A stretch of 58,764 bases of DNA from Nemertoderma westbladi (lineage: Eukaryota > Animalia > Xenacoelomorpha): NCBI GenBank assembly GCA_032718475.1, contig JAUCBJ010004805.1:1-58764 (forward strand), read 5' to 3'. The position numbers were made by a program, and so were the translations under genes. Positions 51,301 through 58,764 of the stretch are shown here, in pieces. The stretch's first letter is position 1; each line of letters starts with the position of its first letter. The notes under the pieces were generated by a model that made no database searches, was not told the origin of the DNA, and saw only the letters and a program-made list of their open reading frames with translations.

Positions 51301-53834
51301 CTAGCACTGAGATGACATCATTAATCTCTAGCTATTAATCCTGATGGAAACAGGTGGTTCATGGAAAATGTCCGTATAATTGACGGTGGTAATAAGATTA
51401 CTGTTAGTTTTTACATAATATATTAATTTCATGTAAATATTTTATACAGCAGATGTGATGCTTCATTATCATTTGTTGGCTGTTTGTTGCAATCTGAAGT
51501 CGTAATTGTGACTTAAAAGAAGATTGATGGATCGCATCATTCAAGTCTTTTGCACCACAAAAAGTACCATTTAATAAAATCGCAATGAAATAGGTCAGAT
51601 CGAATATGAAGAACGTAGACTAATAATAATCAATATCATATCAAATCGGTTAATATGAAAAGAAATGGCACGTTAAAGAAAACGGAAATTATATATTATT
51701 TTAGAGTAATTATTAGATAGTGTATATATTGTATATCATTCTGCAAAATTATATGGATATATATTATATGTATGTAGCTATAATATGATATTATCTATAA
51801 TATGAATCGCTACCTGTATGAATAAGGATATAATAAACGACTAAAGATTAATTATATATATAGAATATTTGCATGTAATAAACTATGCATGCAATGCAAA
51901 GTTATATGCTTAAACATATTAACTAATATTTTAATAATTATCTCATCAATTTAGATATTACCTGTAATGCAAAATATTATTATATCTGTGGTGGAAATAG
52001 TATTTATGAAAAAATTAGCACATAAACTCTGATTTAACGAAAACAAATAAATCAAAGATAATGTACAATATGTCTGTGTAAAGGAAAGGAATATACGTTT
52101 ATTAGCAATAAATCATTATTGTAGTGTCCTGTATACAACGCAACATTTAATATTATATTTAAATACATTTTACAGCACATAATCTCATAAATACCGCGAC
52201 TGTTTTCCCTAATTAACATGTACTATTAATAAGTTTAGTAACTTTTAAATATTTAATAATGTAATATTAAATATTACATTAAAAATTATAATTCTGTATC
52301 ACAGTCACATGCAAAAAGGACAATATAAATACAATAGAGAATCGAATAAATGGAATATTGAAAAAATCAAAATCAGCATCAGCTCAAGAAGATCAAAGAT
52401 GAAAGAAGATTAATCGAAAGAATAAAGATAGAAGATTCTAAACAACGAATGTTTGCAACTTTAAATAATATTAGTGCCGCTATAAGAAGGTAAATTTGAA
52501 CTTCAGTTCTTTAAATAAATAACAAATATATAAATTAATATAAATTAATATTAGTAAATATGTTGTTATTGTGTAATTATGTGATTGAACGTTAGTTGAT
52601 TTTTTATTTAATCAATTATATCATATCTTTTGACACTGTGGATTACTAAATATTTTGATAATAAATATTAAATATATAATATTGTATGCCCTAAATCGGT
52701 TAAATAAACATAATCAGAGTTTAGACTATTTGGATATTAGTTAAAACATAAAAAAACAACATTAAATAATAAATATGTTTTTCTAATAGTTATTTCAAAT
52801 ACTGTGGAAATTAATACTTGACTATAGGCCGTCAAGGTAATATACTAAATTGCTTATTACATAAATTAATACCAATCTTTACTAATAATATAGTATAGCT
52901 AAATGATAATGTATTAATTACACTATTCTACATATAACGTGCATGTTTATTATGTTTACAATACAATAATACATATTTACAAAGAGATAATTGATTGTTC
53001 GAAATTAAAATTCACAACAATAATAACCTTATAGAACACATAGAATCAAAATTTTTTTTAGACAATTAAACCAAGCGCAGAAAAAATCATCATTTTTCTC
53101 TGTTACACAGTAATATGTAATCAATCACAATAATACTCAATATGTACATTAATTTAGTTCGTACTCACTTCAATGTGAGAAGAACATTTCTAAAAATCCG
53201 ATTACTTGTTCTCTAACTTGAAATAACAACTGGGAACGTTCATTGTGTTTGGCCTCATGAGTCCATCACCTATTCGCAAACTGACTTAGTTCGTTTTTAA
53301 AAATGTTAAAAATATATAATATTTTCTTATACTTCTTGTGTTATATTTTATTTATGAATTAGTTGTCATTATAATCAATTCTTCACCTATACTCCTATAA
53401 TAACTTCACCTATACTAATGCCTGCATGCATTTATCATATTACTAAGTATTGAGGCACAACAAATATTGATGTTATTGATATTATTAACGTTATTGTAGA
53501 TAATAATAATTACCTAACTAATTAATATCAACTAATATTGTTAATTAGTGATTATCTATTGATAGTGTGTTGTAATATAACCAAGCGTGCTGTAATATCT
53601 TAATGCATTTCAATATCACATCTTTTTCGTACTCACTAAATTAATATAAAAGAAATTAAATATAAAAAATAAAATTATATTATTATAATATAATTTATTT
53701 TTGTACATTTTTTTCAACCCATCAAGGGGGTTTCCGATTTCACTATCTTCACTAAACTGTAGCGCCACTGAAGTTGTGGCTCAACACTAACTTTTAAAAT
53801 ATAGGGGTGAGAGCTTATACTGCGGATGCCTTAA

Positions 53835-55331
53835 CCCTATTAATCCCGGTGGGGGGGGGGGGGGGGGGGGGGGTGGGTCAATATGACCCCCCCCCCGTGG
53901 TTTTTTTGTTATAATTCTGAAACAAACGCAGTTGGGAATCTGAAATTTTCTGACTTTTCCTAAAAAGCTATTGTCTTCCTAGTAGTGAAAACCGTTTTCA
54001 AAAATATGGGTCGTTTTTGTGTTATAGCACCATTTTTTAACCCTACTTTTGCCACTTTTTTGAAAATTACATTTCATTAAATATGATTTGTAACATCTCT
54101 ATTTTTTATTTATACCGGTTTTTTGGTGTTAGCAATTGGATGGAATTCACATAAATTAATTTAGAGATTTCAAACTTGTTTTTTTCGACGGGTGCCAATT
54201 TTGGTGCCAGCACCAAATTTTGTAATATGTCAATTATGTCCATTGATTATTTGAAACTTGTATTTTACGCAATTGGGTTTTTTTGGAGTTCTGGTTTCGT
54301 TGGATTATATACGAGTTGCACCAAGCGTATCAAACTTCTATTTTTCGGTGCTGTGTGCAAATTTTGGTGCTAGCATGAAATTTTGAAAAATCCATTCAAT
54401 AGATAAAATTGCTTGTGCAATTTTATTTCTTGCGTTTTGGAGGTTTATGGCTGTTCTGAATTCAATGGAATATATAATTATTGAACTAGACATCTCAAAC
54501 TTGTATTTTTCGGAAGTGGGTGCAAAATGTGGTGTTAGCACCAAATTTTGAAAACCATAAACTATATAAATTGATTGTGTCACCTTGTTTCTTGCGTTTT
54601 TCAGGTTTATGAGGGTTCTGAATTCAATGGAATCTGTCAAAATTTCATAAGATTTTCAAACTTGTATTTTTCGCCGGTGGGTGAAAATTGTTGTGCCAGC
54701 ATCAAATTTTTGAAAATAAGCACATTAATCATTAGATAGTATCATCTTGTTTCATGCGTTATACCGGTTTATGAGGGTCCTGAATCCGATGGAATCAATA
54801 AAAACTGCACTGGACATCGCAAACTTGTACTTTTTGGTGCAGGGCACGAAATTTTTTGCTAGCACCAAAATTTGCCAAATTACGCCGAAAAATACAAGTA
54901 GCAATGATCTGGCATAATAGAAATGTATTCCATTAGAATGAGCCCCCTAGAAAACCAGAAAATGTGAATTTATAGCATCGTATAAGTGAATTAAAAATGT
55001 TGTGTTCTCACTGAAAAGTGCTGGTTACTTGTTTTTTTCATTTTTTTCCTACGCAGAGAGGACTAAACAGCCATTTATAGTAATCATATCACTTTTAAAT
55101 ATTTTCCAATGTATTTCGCGCCCCAGAAAACCTGTATTGAAAAACAATTAACCGAAAAATGTAACTTTCAAATTTTGTGCACTACTTGTAATTTTGGTGC
55201 TGCAATATAACCACCACAGTACATTTTTTCGAAATTTCTTTTTCGGTCGGATCCAGACTTAGTGATACCTACTATTAAGTTACGAATATTCCAAAATCTA
55301 ATTATGTAAATAAATATTGATTAACTTAAGG
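53835..55331. mobile_element. piggyBac-like non-autonomous element with internal ~130-bp repeats (right end uncertain)
   Basis: ttaa-ccctatt start; ggggtcaatatgacccc hairpin; repeated aaacttgtattttt...ggtgc.agca.caaatttt units at ~54100-54900. Confidence 0.5.
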
Positions 55332-55653
55332 TTAAAAAATCATAAAAAGACTTTAGCGAAAACTGCATCTTTTAAAACTGAAATCTTTCTATGCTATCCT
55401 ATACTGCTAATAATAATATAAAGTGGTCGTGGCACACTGACAATTATGTCTTTCACACCATTAAATACTTTGAATCAAGATAAACTAATGAGTAGTTCAC
55501 AACATTTTCTAATTAATTAGCAAATTCATATATTTGATTCGCATGTAGGCCATGAAGGCTGTATATCTAGTAGATAGTGTCTTGGGTCTATAATACACGT
55601 TGGAAACATAATCCATAGTTGAGAATGTCGACTTCAAACATCCACCATAGAAA

Positions 55654-58188
55654 CTAGACCTCAGTGGTGTGCACCAAAGGTATTAGGGTAACTTCGGGGA
55701 GTTCGTTGCAAGTAATACTGGGTCGGGATATCTGAATGGCACCGGATTCACTACCATTACAAACCATATCACCATTATTGCTTTGAACTGTACCGCTTCC
55801 AACATTCAGTGGCTCTTGAAAATTCACTACAGGATCCCTTTTTGTGGTACTCAAAAAATCATCTGATATCATCTGGCTGTGATTTATTGTTGATTTTCTT
55901 CCATTTCTGTTGGTGTTTGAGAATTTTCGTGAATGACTAACTGATGTTCGATCTGTCACACCTCCAGATGTTGACACAGAGGTGTAGCTAGCAGGCTTAC
56001 GCCAACATTTCCAGACATTGCGAACCTCAATGTTGAAGAGGCCATGGCAAATTAATATCCAAAACCCTTGTAAGCTGTTCAACACAATAAATACGAACGA
56101 TATTACGTCTGCTAACTTACCTATTATTTGTAAGAAAGCAAAACACCATGGTAAACCCAACAAAACTAAAACAGTAAGACTACTTTTCAGTTTACGCATA
56201 ACATCATTCTGATCACTTTTTGGGATGTTCCTCCCTCCTGCGACAGATCGCGATCCATTGATAACCCGGACAATTAATATGAATATTACAAAATTACCCA
56301 GGATAACAAGGCCAATGGGAGCCACAAATGATATAAAGAACGCCAATGTGTTGCTATCCAACCAGCAGAGATTAATCTCATCATGGGGACTCTTCTGATA
56401 ATGATTTACATCGATTGAAATAACTATTGCACATATAATCGCCGGAAAACCCCATGCAATTACGCAGCACTTTTCAATGTAATTCTCAATGTATGTGTCG
56501 AATATTTTGATCAAGTGGAGGTACATATTAAAGGCCTCAATGGCCATCCAAATCCAAGCAACCAGCAGAGTGTAATGAGTTAATAACCCAACACCTCGAC
56601 AGGTATATACATTGAAAACGCCACCTATTTGATATTGGAATTCATTCGAGACAAAGAAAATAAAAAATAGTAACAAAGCTATGCTCAAATTCAAATGGAT
56701 GCGACATGGAGTTTTTCTTCTGAGCTTTTTGTCAATGAGTATGGTGGATATGTAAATTATAAGACTGATTATGGATATAGTTGAAAACACCAATGACATA
56801 ATACGTTGAATTTTCATTACAAGAGGTGAAAGTCTGTTTATCAATTGGCCAGATGGATCAAAAATAAGTGCAAAATTTGTCAAATGGTTGCACTGACAAG
56901 TGGTCTTTGTCTCTGTTGATTCCTTGTCTATTCGAATGCATCCATAGTCTCGCCATGATAAAGATGATTGATGCCAAAAAACACATTTCAATAATTTTTT
57001 AACTGGCTTATGGTGCAATGTAAAACGCCAAATATTATTTGCAACTCCATCAGTCAAATTAGAATTACTTTTAATGGATACAACTGGAGATGATATATTT
57101 TTAGACTTAGGATTCTGAAAGAGCTTTGTATTTCTGTAAACAGCAATTCCAACGTCCAACATGGAGTTAGAGGCTTTTTCAAATTCCGAGGATGGAAATT
57201 TCACACTTAAAATGTTTTCTTCAGCATCACCAAATGTTTTGTCTGTATTGCTAATAGCAAATTCATTGTTGTCATTAGAAATATATGTTTTGGGAAATAA
57301 AACAACATTTTTAGTCTCAATTTTGGAGAATTCTGGATTGTAACCTAATGACAATGATTCTATTGCATTAACAATCTTGGTAGACACTTGGAATTCTTTT
57401 TCGCATTTTTCCATGACATCACTTTCAATATCAGCAACATTGCTAACTGCCTCTACAATATTCGTCGTCGCATCTGGTGGTAATTCGGACATATTAGACA
57501 TTTTAAAAATCGCTTGTGCCGCATAGTTGATTGTCAGTGTTGACATTGGGCCTTGGGACATATCTGTGCAATCCTTGATTAAATATGATATAGAGTTGAC
57601 ATTAGATGAAGTAATTTCTTCATGTAGGATATTTGACAATGTTTTTTCATTGTTGCCTAATTTAGGACAAATCCTTATGTCATTTGCATCCTCCCACCAC
57701 GTCCCCTTTCTTGTACACCACCTCTTGATATTGTGAGCATTATTACCAACACATGGCAATTCGGTTTTTTGGCCAACTTCTGTAAGAGGCCACTTATAAA
57801 TGCCGAACTCAGTAATGGATACATCAGGTAGGCAATGCGTAGGAGGTGGTGTTGTGGTTGTAGTGGTAGTTGTGGTTGTAGTGGTAGTTGTAGTGGGGGT
57901 TGTAGTGGTAGTCGTAGTTGTTAGAGGAATGCATTCGGTTATCATACGCTGATCAACACAAATCTTTTTAATTTTGTTGTCAAAGACTTCATTTTTCTTA
58001 CAGCTCTTCTCGCTGCGTATGTATGTGGGAGTTCCAGCTCGGTGAACTACCTTGCATTCATCATATACATTTGAGCAAGTACTTCTCGTCCATTTCTTTC
58101 CAAGATTCTTCTCATTACATACCTGTGCTGAAGATGTTACAGCTAACAAAATAAGCAATGATATTTTTTCAGACCAGTTTAAATTCAT
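55654..58188 (-). CDS. Adhesion GPCR with N-terminal CBM14-like domain (844 aa, intronless), paralog of the 40-43 kb gene
   Basis: Signal peptide; six-Cys domain; poly-Thr; HRM (WPLT...C...RWC...W); GPS CVFWH...WRDYGC...CQCNHLTNFALIF; 7TM (IHLNLS, WMAIEA, AWGFP, LLGLPW, NSLQG). Confidence 0.96.
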   Translation of the reverse strand: MNLNWSEKISLLILLAVTSSAQVCNEKNLGKKWTRSTCSNVYDECKVVHRAGTPTYIRSEKSCKKNEVFDNKIKKICVDQRMITECIPLTTTTTTTTPTTTTTTTTTTTTTTTPPPTHCLPDVSITEFGIYKWPLTEVGQKTELPCVGNNAHNIKRWCTRKGTWWEDANDIRICPKLGNNEKTLSNILHEEITSSNVNSISYLIKDCTDMSQGPMSTLTINYAAQAIFKMSNMSELPPDATTNIVEAVSNVADIESDVMEKCEKEFQVSTKIVNAIESLSLGYNPEFSKIETKNVVLFPKTYISNDNNEFAISNTDKTFGDAEENILSVKFPSSEFEKASNSMLDVGIAVYRNTKLFQNPKSKNISSPVVSIKSNSNLTDGVANNIWRFTLHHKPVKKLLKCVFWHQSSLSWRDYGCIRIDKESTETKTTCQCNHLTNFALIFDPSGQLINRLSPLVMKIQRIMSLVFSTISIISLIIYISTILIDKKLRRKTPCRIHLNLSIALLLFFIFFVSNEFQYQIGGVFNVYTCRGVGLLTHYTLLVAWIWMAIEAFNMYLHLIKIFDTYIENYIEKCCVIAWGFPAIICAIVISIDVNHYQKSPHDEINLCWLDSNTLAFFISFVAPIGLVILGNFVIFILIVRVINGSRSVAGGRNIPKSDQNDVMRKLKSSLTVLVLLGLPWCFAFLQIIGKLADVISFVFIVLNSLQGFWILICHGLFNIEVRNVWKCWRKPASYTSVSTSGGVTDRTSVSHSRKFSNTNRNGRKSTINHSQMISDDFLSTTKRDPVVNFQEPLNVGSGTVQSNNGDMVCNGSESGAIQISRPSITCNELPEVTLIPLVHTTEV

Positions 58189-58608
58189 TGTTCAGATTAA
58201 TATTATACATTCAGAAATAGTATCTTGTATTTAAGCAAACAATACATTTATTAGAGACAGATTATATTTATTATAATTAACATAATATTATTATCAAGAT
58301 CAATGTAAAGGTAATTAAACATTAAATACCGGTATACAAATATTATAGATATACATTTTACTTAAAAATATTACTAACAATCATATCTTGTAATTCAGTT
58401 ATAAGTTTACTTTATGTGTTTGTGCTACATGTCTAGGGTGTCCAACTTAATTTATCATTGTGAGAAATAGCTTATCTAAATATTCACAATTTCATCAAAT
58501 TAAATTTGCTATATAGGCCTAACCAAGTTTGAATTTGATAAATGTCTGTATTATTTCTATGTAATTTAACTAGTGTGGTTTAGTAGGTATTATCCCATAA
58601 TACATATC

Positions 58609-58764
58609 ACTACTACTACTACTAGGATCGGCATGCTGCATTGCAGCTGCATTTTTAAGAATGCTGTGCCGGCTTATCGACAAAATTGCACAGCCACAAC
58701 TCCCTATCACCCATGACATTTACTAGATCATCCGCATCTTCAAGGCCAGTGTCCTTTAAGATGC
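58609..58764 (-). mobile_element. 3' end of another RTE copy (cut by the window edge)
   Basis: (cta)n-ggatcggcatgc... nearly identical to 10372-10530. Confidence 0.92.

Noticed and set aside
51400-53750. Long, very AT-rich stretch
   Set aside because: No ORF, repeat structure or motif found; treated as intergenic

Overview
AT-rich, transposon-dense animal (invertebrate-type) genomic DNA with GT-AG introns, read in the standard genetic code. Four host genes are supported. These are a two-exon V-ATPase proteolipid subunit c (minus strand), an intronless 230-aa Cys-rich, probably secreted/GPI-anchored protein, and two intronless paralogous adhesion GPCRs. Both receptors begin with a six-Cys peritrophin-A (CBM14, chitin-binding type 2)-pattern domain, followed by a Thr-rich stalk, HRM, GAIN/GPS and 7TM. 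The rest is mostly mobile DNA. It includes a ~14-kb BEL/Pao LTR retrotransposon (5-bp TSD) with a nested RTE, a 1.3-kb insert in gag and a decayed extra 3' ORF, and a full-length CRE-clade non-LTR element (13-bp TSD) with a Pro/Gln repeat inside its RT. Further CRE, RTE, Gypsy and APE fragments, two tRNA-derived Deu/Nin-type SINEs, many nested MITEs and several tandem arrays are also present. The best candidates for novelty are the putative chitin-binding adhesion GPCR pair and the BEL/Pao extra ORF. All calls come from manual motif reading; no database searches were run.
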